46,619 nt of DNA from Asterionella formosa. Lineage: Eukaryota. Positions 1 through 12,705 of this stretch are shown piece by piece. How positions within the stretch are numbered: the stretch's first letter is position 1; the number at the start of each line of letters is the position of its first letter. Below the pieces are notes generated by a model. It was not told where the DNA came from. It saw only the letters and a list, made by a program, of their open reading frames with translations, and made no database searches. The position numbers and the translations under genes were made by a program. Where the stretch lies: positions 1 to 46,619 of the forward strand of contig NKIB01014164.1 in NCBI GenBank assembly GCA_002256025.1, written 5' to 3'.

Positions 1-172
1 GAAGTTGAATGGTGATAGGGTTGGTGGTAGGTCGTTTGTTGATGACAGGTAAATCAACAGTGGCGTAATTGCCAGAACTACCAGAATCAGCAATGAGTGT
101 GACGGGGGGACAAGTGATGGGAGATAAGTTTGTGTTAATAGTATTATCGACAGCAACTTGCTCCCCTCCACA
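1..172 (-). CDS. pol: Start of Copia pol (aspartic protease), in frame after the gag TGA; truncated by the window edge
   Basis: Manual translation of 172..1 gives CGGEQVAVDNTINTNLSPITCPPVTLIADSGSSGNYATVDLPVINKRPTTNPITIQL, containing the IADSG protease motif. Confidence 0.8.
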
Positions 173-1267
173 TCAAGCAAGTGGTGAAGGTGGCGGTGAA
201 ACACGGGGTGGCCGGGTAGGACGGGGACCATCACTGAAAAGACGGACGCTGCCACCCAGACGTCGATCAAGGGTGGCATTGAGTTGATGGCCAGAAGCTG
301 GATGATTGCAAGTTGCACTGGTATGGTCAGGGTTTTTGGTAAGACCATGAGTCCAACAATAGCCTAAGTGGACATTGTTGTAAGTGTATCCAGAAGGGAC
401 AGCACGAGCAGTGGCAGCAATAGCTGGCAATGGGGGAGGGCCACTGGTTTGAATGGCAGCATGGGCACCATGATAACCGGCAGTGGTGGCGGTGGCAAGG
501 CGCAATCGTTCCTTATCAGCATGCATGAAATGCGGGCAAAAGTTAACCCATGTACGGTCCAGCTCAGCGCGATCACGCCAAGTTTGAATGCTACTATGAG
601 AATATACACCAGCCTGTTCTAAAGCAGAAAGAGTCAATCGCATGACAGTACTGTCAGAGAAAGGTTCCCCACCAGTATCGGCAATGGCACGAAGATGTTT
701 GATGCGGATCCATAAATGCTCAATAGGTTCCTCTGGTGGCCAAGCATCGGCCAAGCGCATGCGATTGAGTTCCAAATCATCCGCACTCAATGTTGCATAT
801 GTAGATTCTAAGTGAGCAAGTAAGGTCAGAACAGTGATGTCTGCATATCCAAATGTAGCATCTTCCAGAACGTTGTAGTAAGTTGGGTCAATGGCTGTTA
901 GAATTTGTTGTCGGAGAATTTCACGGATTTGGGAGTAACGGCGGAATGCGTCAAGGGAGGTGTCAAAGAGACGGTTGGCAGCAGGGATTTGGGACTGTGT
1001 TGCAGTAGCACTGTGTGGCGGCTGGATGCCGGGATGTTCGGGCGGTACAAAGGGTTCACCGGCACATAAAAGATAAGGAGCAGCAGCCATGACAATACCA
1101 AGGAAACCATTGGCACCAGCACCACCACTGGTACAGTGGACAGAGCGAGCATTGGCAAAGAGTTCCTTGCGAAGGCGGTTTACAGTGAAGGCTGTAGGTT
1201 TGCCCGCGATCGGTGTCAAGAGCGGATGAGCGAATGGGAAAACAGCGGAAACGATTGGAGTCGTCAT
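173..1267 (-). CDS. gag: Ty1/Copia (diatom CoDi-type) Gag
   Basis: Intact ORF (first ATG at 1267) with a C-terminal YCWTHG..H.SATC.HP..GH...AT...R.GGS knuckle typical of diatom Copia Gag; a protease follows in frame. Confidence 0.85.
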   Translation of the reverse strand: MTTPIVSAVFPFAHPLLTPIAGKPTAFTVNRLRKELFANARSVHCTSGGAGANGFLGIVMAAAPYLLCAGEPFVPPEHPGIQPPHSATATQSQIPAANRLFDTSLDAFRRYSQIREILRQQILTAIDPTYYNVLEDATFGYADITVLTLLAHLESTYATLSADDLELNRMRLADAWPPEEPIEHLWIRIKHLRAIADTGGEPFSDSTVMRLTLSALEQAGVYSHSSIQTWRDRAELDRTWVNFCPHFMHADKERLRLATATTAGYHGAHAAIQTSGPPPLPAIAATARAVPSGYTYNNVHLGYCWTHGLTKNPDHTSATCNHPASGHQLNATLDRRLGGSVRLFSDGPRPTRPPRVSPPPSPLA

Positions 1268-1327
1268 GGTGGAAGAAGGCCTGAGAGACAGGGACAGCAA
1301 ACGGGCAAGCGGTGCTGGACGGTTGAT

Positions 1328-1584
1328 TGTTGAGATCAGTGCTGGTTTGCACTGCTGTCGACAAGAGCCGCAACGTCGCAGGTGCGGACAAGAGAGAAAG
1401 AACAGATATTGTAGTTCTGTTGAGGGGAACCTTATCGTGAATAAAGGTGAACTACAATATTATGACTATTCAATTGCTGTTCCAAGTACATCGTTGTTAG
1501 CACTCACGCATGTACCTAATCTGGTGGCTTCGCCGGTATGGTTCGTACGGCGCATCTATGGAGCATCATATGCAGATATTGACA
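1328..1584 (-). mobile_element. Putative 5' LTR of the Copia element
   Basis: Minus strand reads TGTCAATATC...GATCTCAACA (TG..CA with imperfect terminal inverted repeats), 60 bp upstream of the gag ATG; the partner LTR lies outside the window. Confidence 0.5.
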
Positions 1585-1836
1585 CATATACCCGGTAGTC
1601 TACCGGAGCTGGTAGGCATTCTTCCAGGAAATCCTTTCGCAGCGTTTGCTACCAGTACATAGGTCGCTCCCATGATCAACAGGGAATGGGGATCACTTCT
1701 CGTCATAATCAGTTTTACCACAACTACACCTGGTAATTCTTCTTCATCAGCCATTTAGACAATTTCATACCGGGTAATATCTTTTCACCGTTTTATACGA
1801 TCGCTCGAGATCGCTGCAAAACCTACCTCTGTTGCA

Positions 1837-4293
1837 ATGGCGCCGATACCTCCCCTCCTAGTGGAGTCGGCCTTCCGACCTGCTGTATTCTCCAATACAG
1901 AAGCTATCGAAAAGTTGCACAATAACATTCCGAGGGCTGGATACTCAAACAACTTGCTTCCGCTGATCCTAGGTCCGAAACAACAAGGCAAGGACTACGT
2001 CAAGGGGTACGTTGTCTCTGATTGTTCTTACTATCATCACGTACTATATATAAAGGCTATGCATGATTTCTGTCATCAGTCCCCTGTTTGTTGATTCTCA
2101 TCCTCATCCTCATCCTCCACCTGTTTCTATCATAGTGTTGTGATTTTTGTATCCGTCATCTCGTTAGCGTTCTTCATTTGGTCAGCTCTTATTTTAACAT
2201 TCAAGTGCTGCTTCCCAAAGAAAACGGGATTCTTTTCTGGCAAACCACCCATGAAACCATTGACCCCACAAGGATATGTCAATAAGGGGCATAATACGAT
2301 GAAGAAGGAGCATGCAGATGGCGACGAGCACGAACAGCAACAAACGTCGGTTATGGAGAATGATATAGACCCATCGAAATGTAATAGTACCGCTATCGAA
2401 TTGAATCAATCAGAACTATTACTATTACCTCCCGAAGAAAACATTCCTGTTACCATCAGTAACAAGAACAAGAACAACGAGGAGGCATGTCGATCACAGG
2501 AAGGACCTAGTATGGCTGATAATCATCCTCTCGAAGAAGGCAATGCTAGTATTCATAACGAGACCAATGATCAAACGAATCTACAGGAAATTGAAGACTA
2601 TGAAAATGAAGTTGCACGGGTCGATAAACTTTTAAAGCGAACTCGAATTGTGGTATTTGTTGCAGGTGGTGGAGTCCTGGTCTTTTCAATAGTGTTCATG
2701 TTGCAAGGCATCAATGGACTCAATGCAGGTGTGAATGATCTGATCCTTGGATTGGAAAAATCTAAAGCCGTTGTTGCGGATGGCGTAGCCCTTTGCAATG
2801 ATTTCGTTACTGAGCAGGGGGCACTTAATCAAAATTTCGTGAAGAATTACGAAAATTATAGCAACTTTGGGTGGTGCCCAAGACTGAAAAATACGTTTCT
2901 TCAAGAATGCGGCAATGGAACAGAATTTATCATTGAGAAGCTGGAAGACTTTCGCTTCGTCAACTTTTCCCTTTCTGAAAATATGGCATGCACTGACATT
3001 ATCGGCATTCCCATTCAGGTGGGCATTGATTTTGCCAAATTATTTGCACAAAAAATACAAAACAGAATTTTCAAGGAGGCACTTAATTTGGCGAGCGACT
3101 TGATGGAGATCAATAAGTCTATCGATGTTTTCATTGGGTACTTTGATTTGTTCCGGTGGGCCTTTTGGACTAGTGTTGGATTCACTATATTATTGGATCT
3201 TGTTGTTCTTTTTTTGCTCGTTGGAGTTATACTAGCTTGGCGGCAACGCATCCCACGACCCTTCAAATGTGCCCGTTCGTTGATCATTGTTCCTCTGTTT
3301 GTATTAAATATTTTTTTGGTATGGTTATTTGCCAGCATGGCTTGTATTACAGCAGTGATGGCTTCAGACTTTTGTTACGATTCACCCGCCACCATCCTGA
3401 AAGCTGTCTTGGTGGCCAACAGGCAAAAATTTTCTTCAGTCGTGTTCAAACTGGGGATATATTACATATCAAGCTGTCCATCCGAATTATCACCAACAGT
3501 TTCATTGGCCAATAATTCTGCCGTAATCCTCGCGATACAAGCCATCTGGGCAGTACATGATCTAATTGAGAAGTCAAGCACAGTGGAATCTGCTGCGTTC
3601 GAAAACATTTGTGGTAAAGATCTTTTGCCATTGAATGCACTTGGAAAGGAGCTTGATGCCCAATTCCACATTATCTTTGATGCCCTCGTGGGGATAAGGA
3701 ATCTTTTTTCTTGTTCCTCAATTTCCCCCATTATCACCACGGTTTCCTACCAGGGTAAGTGTTTGTTGTCATGCTTGATCATCATTGATTGCATTCCCAC
3801 TCCTTTGTTGACATGATACAATAACTTTAATTCACACTCTTGTCCTCTATATTCAAAAGGCATATGTTACCATGGAGTCAATGGTCTATACAAGGTACTT
3901 ATCTCTCTTTTCTTAATTGTTGTTTTCAGCTTGATCATGATCACACTACGTGCTGCATGGCAAGAAGAAGAGGCACTGCCTGATGATTTGTATTTTTTGG
4001 AAGAGAAGATGGATGAACCAGTCTCACAAACAGAAGATCCACCAATTTACAGTGGAGAAGGACCAATTCCTCCTCCACAAGTGGATACAAGCAATGACAA
4101 TGATTCAGCACCACCGATGGAGACAATGAATGACAACATGGTTGAACCAGTCTTGCAAAGGGAAAATCCACTTGGAGAAGAGCAACTACCGCACATACCC
4201 ATGCATTTGAGCAGCAATGGCAATGATCTACCACATACAGAGGTAGTGAATAACCATGCTGTTCTTGAAACCCATACTCCAGCCACTGAATAA
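1837..4293 (+). CDS. Multi-pass membrane protein, Tweety/prominin-like topology; exons 1837-2006, 2136-3754, 3860-4293
   Basis: GT-AG introns 2007-2135 and 3755-3859 join three ORFs in frame; about 5 TM segments, two large Cys-containing helical loops, MASDFC motif and GICYHG before the last TM. Confidence 0.7.
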
Positions 4294-5094
4294 ATTGTGA
4301 CAAGGAAATCAGCTCAGATCTTCTTTCAGCGTTGCCATCTTTACGTGAACATGACCGCCCAGAGATCAAAGTCCAATCAGCAATATCAATAATATGGGTT
4401 GAAGTGTTACATTGGATTTGAAGTGATCCATTGCATTTGAATTTTCTATTTTGGCCAAGTTCTCAGATCAAAAGTGAATTAAATATATTGGATTTCACTG
4501 GTCTATGTTGTGATGTGGGTCTGACCATCACATCATGAGCTGATGGAGAATAGTTGAGCTATAATCTCCATTTTACGATAAGCGTGTTAATGGTATGCAT
4601 AACGTTTTGATGATTGAGTCGTTTTCCAGCTAAAGTAGACGACAGTTGAACTAGAACTACACTTCCTTTCGTCCGTTCTATCTGAAGGTGTTGAGGGGGC
4701 TCAAAGCCGAAGTGAACGCAAAACCCAAAAGTACGACTTGCATACTTTCGTCCGCCAAGTCGGCATAGTGGGGTCTCTAACAATGTACATGAATAGATTA
4801 TGAGCACATGTAATCATATGTTAAAATAGACGACAATATTCCAGATACAACTAGAACTAACCTTCCTGGAATGTGCATAGTTGCTCGTTGGCTGTGGTTG
4901 AAATTGTGGGTTAAAAAAGCATAGTACATCTAGGACGCCAGAGTGAGTATCAACACGAGCAGATGGACAGGACTAGAAATGAAACGCACTCTGTCGAAAA
5001 ACCATTTTAGGTATTCCTCGGAATGCTGAAGAACTTTGCCTTGTCATGGAAACGGTTAAACTACAGTAATGTACCGGGTATAGTAATTTTTTGA

Positions 5095-8000
5095 TTACAC
5101 CAAGAAACTACATGTAAGGCTAAATAGCCAAATCAATAAAAATGCAGAAGGTCGATCCAACCCGAATGCACTGGAGGTGGGTGTCAACAGAACCGGCATT
5201 GGTGTTGACTTGCCAGAAACAGTGGGCGTCAGTGTTTCACCTTCATTTGACGGAGCCATGGAAACTGAAGGTGCTGGCATGGGCGATGTTGTTGGCTGGA
5301 AAGAGGTAACTGGGGGCACCATTGTGGCGCCACAAACCGTATTGTTGAAGGGAGTACAGTCTCCCAGGCAGTTGTTCGAAGAATCAAGACACTGACCTCC
5401 TCCATTTACAACAAAGATGCCGGGGCATGAAGTCACCAAGCTCTCCCCATAATTCTGATTAGACTGTTCAATGGAGCTGTCAACAAAGACCGGATACAAT
5501 TGGTTTCCTCCGATGAAGCAAGAATCCGTGATACTGAGATCCGACTGGTTTACAGAAATAGTGACTTGTGCAACTATGTCTTCAAATATCGTTCCTGTAA
5601 CTTGAACTTGGGATTCAACTGCAACAATGACACCAGTAGGGAGGATCAAGCAAGATGAAGAAAGGCATGGTGTGATTCCCTTAAATAGCGAGTTGGTTAC
5701 TTGAAGAGTGGAATCGGTTTCCACGGAAATGAAAGGCTTCACCCAAGGTCAGTGAAAATCATGTTGAGAAGCAAGACTGATGGTGCCGTGCTACTTACCT
5801 TCGCTTGATCATTCTCGAATACCATGGTGTTGTTTTCGATCCTAGAGTTTGTAATCCTCATCACAGCCTTGTTGAAGACACCAATGGTTTGCTGAAAGAT
5901 AGATCGATGGTTAGGAAATAATGGCTAGGCAAACTATCATTTTTGCCGCCGTCCATATAAGACAGGCAGGCATTTACTTACTTTGACAGTCGAGTAATCG
6001 ACAATAGCCACTTTCTTCAGAAATATCCTTCCATATGTGGTCTGAATCCCCAAGTGACGGTTTCCTTCTTGATTAGAACGAAATTCGCTCGACACGATTC
6101 TGACTGTCATCGCTGGTTCTGTCGAACCATCCAAATTCTCATAATCAGTGGGATTCTGGTTGAGTATCGAGAAAGTTCCTCCAATCTCGGTCCATAGACA
6201 AGATATAAATTCGGCTGTGACATCTGGTCCACCATGGGCCCATACACTTGTCGAGAGTTTCATACGGGAATCAACCTTGACCTTTCTGAACGTAATGCCT
6301 CCAAAAGCAACATAGGTCAATGGCACAGGTGAGATGAGAAAAGTATTATCGCGGGACTTGTCAGAAATTTCTACTTGAAGAAAGCCACCAACAATGGTAC
6401 AATTGTTACTGACAGCTCCATCAGCTCCACACACAATAATGGTATCATTGAGAATGGGGTAAATTGTATCTCTTGTTTCATCCAAGACTTCATACATTCT
6501 ATTTTCACACAGTTGGTATATAAATGGTGCATCTCGGAATGGCACACCATTTATATTGGCTTTGGCCTCGGCACACATGGCACATCTCAAATCCAACAAG
6601 CTTTCAATGCATCCCATTGTACCATTATTTGAACTCGCGCTACAATCCACGCTGCACGTTGGAATACCTGGAAGTTGTTGCTCGTCGACACTGCATACTG
6701 TTGCGTCAGTAGGGAGACATTGGCCGTCACAGCCACTACTGTTTGATGGATAAAAGCATGAGCTTCCTTCATTTTCGACAAAAATTCCAGTGCAATTGGA
6801 ATCTCGAACTGTCACATTTTCAAAGACATTGTCATAGGTCAATAATCCTACATCACCAGTAATGAAGATGGGTGGAAATGTGGTTCGACCACGAAAGCAC
6901 GAATTCGAAATCGTTGTATTGGACAAGGAATACACTGCATGCGTGGATTGTTCACTTTCCACAATACACTTGTCCATAAAAAGTGTCCCTCCCAGCCCAG
7001 ACACTGTAACGAGGGCAAAGGACCGTCCAGACAAAAAGGTGTCAGTCAAAGTAACAGATGCCCCAGTTGCTGTCATGCGAACGAGTGCCCCCAGGACACC
7101 CCCTGGAAAATTTTGCGACAGTTGCGACCCCGTCACTTGTGCAGTTCCACCCGATTGGACCCATAAGAAATTACTAAAGACATTTTCCTGGACTATGGCA
7201 TTCTTTATGAAAATGCTCCCATTGTACAACAGCACAAAGTCTTGAAACCCCTCTGGGTCTTTGAGGGTATTTCCAATAATGGTCGTGCTTGTCATGGTCA
7301 TGTTAGCTCCACCACTAATATCCAAAAATCTCGAAACGTTGTAATTCGTCACGGCACAATCTTCCATGGATATAAACCCATTGGACGAAACAATCCCAAT
7401 TGTCATTGGAAAACTAGCATTCCCACCATTGAGAGTGGATGATGAATCAGTATCTGTAAAGGAACACTGTTGCAAGACTACAGCCATGACATTCCTATCA
7501 TTGGCTGAGTTATGAATGGCCATTCGGTTCGTCATGCCCTGAAACATATGTCAATACAGTATAGTGTATAAAACAGTGTGAGATACACATGAGAGAAAGA
7601 AGCATTGATAACCAAATTGGCAAAATGGACCAAGAAAACGAAATGACTTCCCATAGTGTCCACTCCAAAACGATTCCAATTTATCCTTACCTTCCAATGA
7701 CAATCAACAAAATAAGCCGTGACATCACTATTGGCGAGTGCTTGAATAGATATTGTGTCATTCATAATGGCTGCTATAGCTTGGTCCGCACTAGTAAAGG
7801 TCAATCCATAAAAGTCCACTCGTTTCAGTGGCAAGGGACTTTGGGGCGACGTCGTTGCATTGGTTGACATGTCGACTTGAACGGCCCCTCCAATCAGGAT
7901 ACATGCATTCGTACTGGACCCACTTGTGCCACAAGAAATAATGGTTTGGTCCAATTGCGGGACAATGGGAAAGGCAAACGTATCCTGATAGAGCGTGCCC

Positions 8001-8260
8001 GGACACAGCGTATACAGAAAGGGAGGACTTCGCGCGGTGTCCGGATTGGCTTGAATGGCTGCAACTTCATCGTCCATGGCGCATCGTAAGCCGGCGAGAG
8101 TGGCGAATCCGAGAATGCTGGGGTCATTGGGACATCCGATGGGACATGCAGAGGGAGCTTGCGCCAAAGTCGAAAATGGAGCCAACAGTAGGAATGATGC
8201 CATTGATATTGACACTGAAACTGATACTGATATTAGCGATGGAACAAGTGCGTTCCTCAT
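5095..8260 (-). CDS. Secreted, probably GPI-anchored Cys-rich surface protein with two repeated modules and beta-helix-like stretches; exons 8260-7691, 7538-5982, 5891-5799, 5736-5095 (about 953 aa)
   Basis: Three phase-0 GT-AG introns join the ORFs; signal peptide; duplicated LRCAM...Y.LC....Y...I.P.L..TII.CG..G...N.C...GG..QV module; Pro/Ser/Thr stalk; SSA plus hydrophobic C-terminus. Confidence 0.75.
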
Positions 8261-9334
8261 GATGTTGGGAGAAGGATGAGTGGCAAGGAGGTCTTGCTAG
8301 CTGATAGTCTTTTATATACGGTGTGTGTGTGTGTGCAAGGATTGAATGGCTCGCTCCTTTCTTGATGGTTGTTCTGCAAAAGGATTAATGATATTATACG
8401 ACCGGTTCTTCCGGTTGCTTTTCACAAAAAAGAATCGTGCTTGTCTTTTGTACCGCCGATAACAATAGTACCGGTACCAGTACTCCTACAAAACAAATCC
8501 CAGCATCACGTGAAAAAGTTCCTATGATTTGGCTATATTGATATACCGGTAGGGGTAAAATTCATATTATGGTGGGACCGGTACCGGTTTATGTTCTACA
8601 AAAACTTCTAAAAAATGCATATATATATATCTATGAATGAAGTTTAATCATCCCAAATTGAGTTTGAACAGACAAATGTGTCCCATTTAGCTACATATTT
8701 AGCCTTTTTAAATTTTAAAGATATACATATACGATTATATGTATTTAACAAATGACCTTTTTTATTCAGATGAATACCAGTACCGGTACTACATAAAAAG
8801 GTTTATTATATAGACAGTTTCGGTGATCTAATGAATTTTATGTCCACGTACACGTCAATATATCCAACAAGGTCCAAATATCCTGTCGATTCAATGTTAG
8901 TAGTCTACAGTATCAATTTTTGAGACTCCATATTGATTTATATATTTATACATTACATTTATACTGATTTGCCGAATAGCTAGCAGTACATACACTCAGT
9001 ACATGATGATGTGCCACAATTATTTCATAAAATAATGCAGCATACCGGTACCGGTAGTAGAATGATTCCGGTACCAGGTACCCGTATTCATATTTCGTGA
9101 CATGATAGCTACCGGCTGTTTACTAGCTACACAGAGTACCTGGTACCGAATACCCTAATTACCTTGACGTAATACAAGTACCGGTACCGCTTTAGAGAGA
9201 CGCAATGAATGGCTATACCAGAGGTACCAGGTACATTGAAACAAACAGAAAACATGACTTAAAATGAAAGAACAAAGCAAGCAATAGTATTGGAAGCAGT
9301 TGAAATTGTATTTTTACCCATATTGTACTCCTAG

Positions 9335-11459
9335 CTAGTCAAATCGGATTTTCTTGTTCACTCTCTTGGGTGTTGGCTTCTCGTCAATATCTCTCTTGGC
9401 CTTGTCTCGAAGAGTATCCAAGTCATCCTTGTCATCGGCCCATTCTAGTACCAAATGTCGTCCGTACAAGTGAGTACGGGACAAGGTATGCATAGCTGAT
9501 TGAGCTTCTTGGCTTGTCAAGAACTCAATAAAGGCAAAGCCGCGATGACCACCATCAAACTTTTTGGGCAGGCGAACCTTCTTCAACTGACCAAATGACC
9601 CAAATAACTTCAAGATTTCGGTCCGTGATGCCTGGAAGGGGACATTTCGAACCATGAGCTTGGTTGGGTTTTTTCCATGTGCCTTGGCATCAGGAGCCTT
9701 GTTGGCTCTAGTACCTACAGCTTTGGACGATCTCTTCAGCTCGAGGGCATGCCCGTCAAGAACATATCCTTGCAACGACGTGATAGCCCTCCGGACTGAT
9801 TCTTCGGAATCGCATTCAACAAAACCAAATCCCATAGATAACAACACATCAGACTCATCCGCTTTGCTAGTTTGGCCCTTTTTGATGGCTGCCACCTTGG
9901 TTGGAATTTTCACGGCACGTACTGTCACATGCTGGGTAAAGAGCTGTAGCAACTGATCTTCGGTTGTTGCAAAGTTTAAATTTTTGACATAAATGGAGTA
10001 CGAAACATTGGGTGACATAGAACCATTGTCCAAGGCGTCCTCCTCCGCTTCAGCAACATCAACATTTACCACCGACGGTTCCGAAGGCACCAACACCGTA
10101 GCTGCACCCTGCTTTTCCGTATTTGCAGCCAGTGGCGCCCACTCCAAATACAGAGGCACATGCTTAAATCTCTTGTAGGCTAACTTTTTGAATGCTCGCT
10201 TGGCATCAGAAGCATGATTGTATTCTACCATGGCTATGGTGCGAGACGGTGGCAGCAATATACGATTTGGGGCATCTCCAACCCCACTAAAGAGTTTCAT
10301 CAGATCCTCTTCCTTAGTATCAAAAGGTAAGTTCTTCACTAGAATGGAATTGGAACTTCTAGTTCCGTCATCCGTTGGTGTCTTGGATGATGACGATACT
10401 AAAGCGTCCATGTTGATTCCATGAGAACGGAAATACTCTCGATTTTCTTCAATGAGCTGCGTTTCTGCCAAGGCCAATCTAACTGCAGCATCACCAGAAT
10501 TTAGCCCATCCTTAAGATTGAAAATGTCTCCCTTTCGAATTCCCAGTCGTTCTGCCAAATTGTCAACGACAGCGTCTCCACGCACAAAACTCGCCGACCA
10601 CCCTTGATTGGTCTGTAACGCTTGTTTCTGTCGTAGCAATTCTTGCGTTTGTTTGTACGAGGTCGAATCAATGTTAGCTTCTTCCTCCACTACCGCAGGT
10701 CGTGCTGGGAGGACATGAATCCAACGTCCTTGAAAGTCGGACGAATTCAAGGCCTCCAATGCAAGGTTGGCGTCTTGCAATTTTTCAAAAGTACAAAAAG
10801 CAAACCCCTTGGTTCTTTTTTGATCATCCACAGGTACATGGCATTCTAACAATGTTCCATACTGTCCAAAGTGATCTCTCAAGTCTTCTTCTGTGGTTGA
10901 AAATGGCAAATTTCGAATAAACAGTCGGTTGGATCTGGGGATATCGTCATTATTGTTGTTGGTTGTGTCAGTAGTAGTTGCTGTGGTGAGAGTTGGATCC
11001 TTGTTTTTTGGTTCATCACTTTTAGGTGACGTCGCTTCTGCTATCTTTTCTTCACTGGAATCACCTGACGATGATTCATCACTGGAATCATGTTCTTCGA
11101 AAATCTCTGGTTTCATGGGAACTTCAATTTCATCATCCTCATTGTCCTCATCATCACTATCAAGATTCACTTTGTTAGTTGTGTTCTTTCTAAGAAAATC
11201 TTGATCTGTCAATACTGTTCCAGGAGCAGCTGTTACTTTTTGACTTGTAAATGCCTCCGCATCATCATCATCGGACGACGAAGATGTGGAGGATTTGGTG
11301 GAAGTCGATGAATCATCGGCTACAACAGTGTGATCCTCATGATGGTCTGCTACAACAATAGCATCTGCACCACCATCATCATTTTGCCAAAATTTTGGTT
11401 TATTCTCTGAAACTCCCATGGCTGATAAAAATTCTTGTTTCTTCAAGTCTTGTTTTTGC

Positions 11460-11491
<32 letters not shown>

Positions 11492-11971
11492 CTTCATGTT
11501 GATTTGTTTGGTTGTATCAGAAATGGTTGGCTCTACCTCCATGTCTTTTGCATTTGACTTTTGATTATTTTTCGAGTGTTTGGCTTCATATTTGGATGAT
11601 CCTTGACTATGTTGACTCCATGGTCGGTGTTGTTGTTGTTGTTGTTGTGGTAACATCTTGTCATTCTTTCCAAACGCCAAATCTACAGCCAATTGACTGG
11701 TTTGTGCATATGTGTGATGAAATTGATTGACAATCCATTGTGCTTGTTGAGATGTCTTGACTCCAACAAAGCAAACTTTACGTGACTTTCCTTGAGGATT
11801 ACGTAATACTTTACAATCCGTAATGACCAATTGGGTAGGGACAGTGGAGGAAGATGAGGATAATGATGACGACAACAAATGGGCCTTCACTTTGGATTCG
11901 TCCCATGATAATGGGATATTTTTAATACAAACACGTGTTGACAAAGACGACGACGACGACGACGACGTCAT
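9335..11971 (-). CDS. MRD1: Multiple-RRM pre-rRNA processing protein Mrd1/RBM19
   Basis: Five RRMs (KGFAFC, MGFGFVE, RGFAFIEF) plus the conserved AAVRLALAET, PLYLEWAP and THLYGRHLVLEWA motifs. Confidence 0.95.
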
Positions 11972-12705
11972 GCTGGATGCTATTTATTGCTAATGGCTAC
12001 GAAACTTGAGTTGTTGGGCAAGGAGTAAAGAGCAAGTAATCGAGAATTGAAAGAACAAAATGATGCAAGGGGGCGGCGCCGTTCAGATGTGTAAAATGAC
12101 TCTCAGTAAGAGTACCGGTAATGAAATGAATAAAGTAGCTAGGTATATATAATAGTCGTACAGAAATAAAATATGATTGATATTTTTTTAATGGAGGCAT
12201 CCCAAAATATATGAATTTTAAAGGTTGTTCTTTTCCGCAAACTGTAAAATTGATTGGTTCCAACGATAACTGGTGGGGTTTGATTGTGTGCTGGATGGTG
12301 GGTGGTGGTGGCTGCCAGGGTGCAAATAAAGAAAACAGACCCGGAGTTTCTTGTTCCACCAATTCTACACGGACATCCACATTCATGTGCGTATGAATAG
12401 TAGCTACCTACACAGCTCCTCCTATTCAATATTAACCACTCGAGGCAGGCAGGCAGGCAGGTACGATACAGGTATACAGGTACCTCCGTTGGACCAGGTA
12501 TTTTGTGTGTAGGTGTCATAGTATTTTGCTTGCTTGCTTGCTCGATCGATCCTCGGCTGTCTGCTTCCAAATTCAGTACCGGTATCATTGTTATTATTTA
12601 ACCTGCGTCCCTGGTACCAGGTATCGTACTGTATTACAATTACAGCATTCGATATTTAGTACCCATTAGTATCCTCGTTAGTCTCGTACTAATACCTATT
12701 CCACA

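Noticed and set aside
4636..4870. Short shared words (TAGACGACA, AACTAGAACTA) about 200 bp apart
   Set aside because: Too short and patchy to call an LTR or a real duplication
8552..8845. Possible MITE with TAAAATTCAT / ATGAATTTTA inverted ends
   Set aside because: Only about 10 bp of AT-rich match and no TSD
11452..11650. (CAA)n tracts in MRD1, and a similar tract at about 16930
   Set aside because: Ordinary coding poly-Gln and poly-Asn microsatellites
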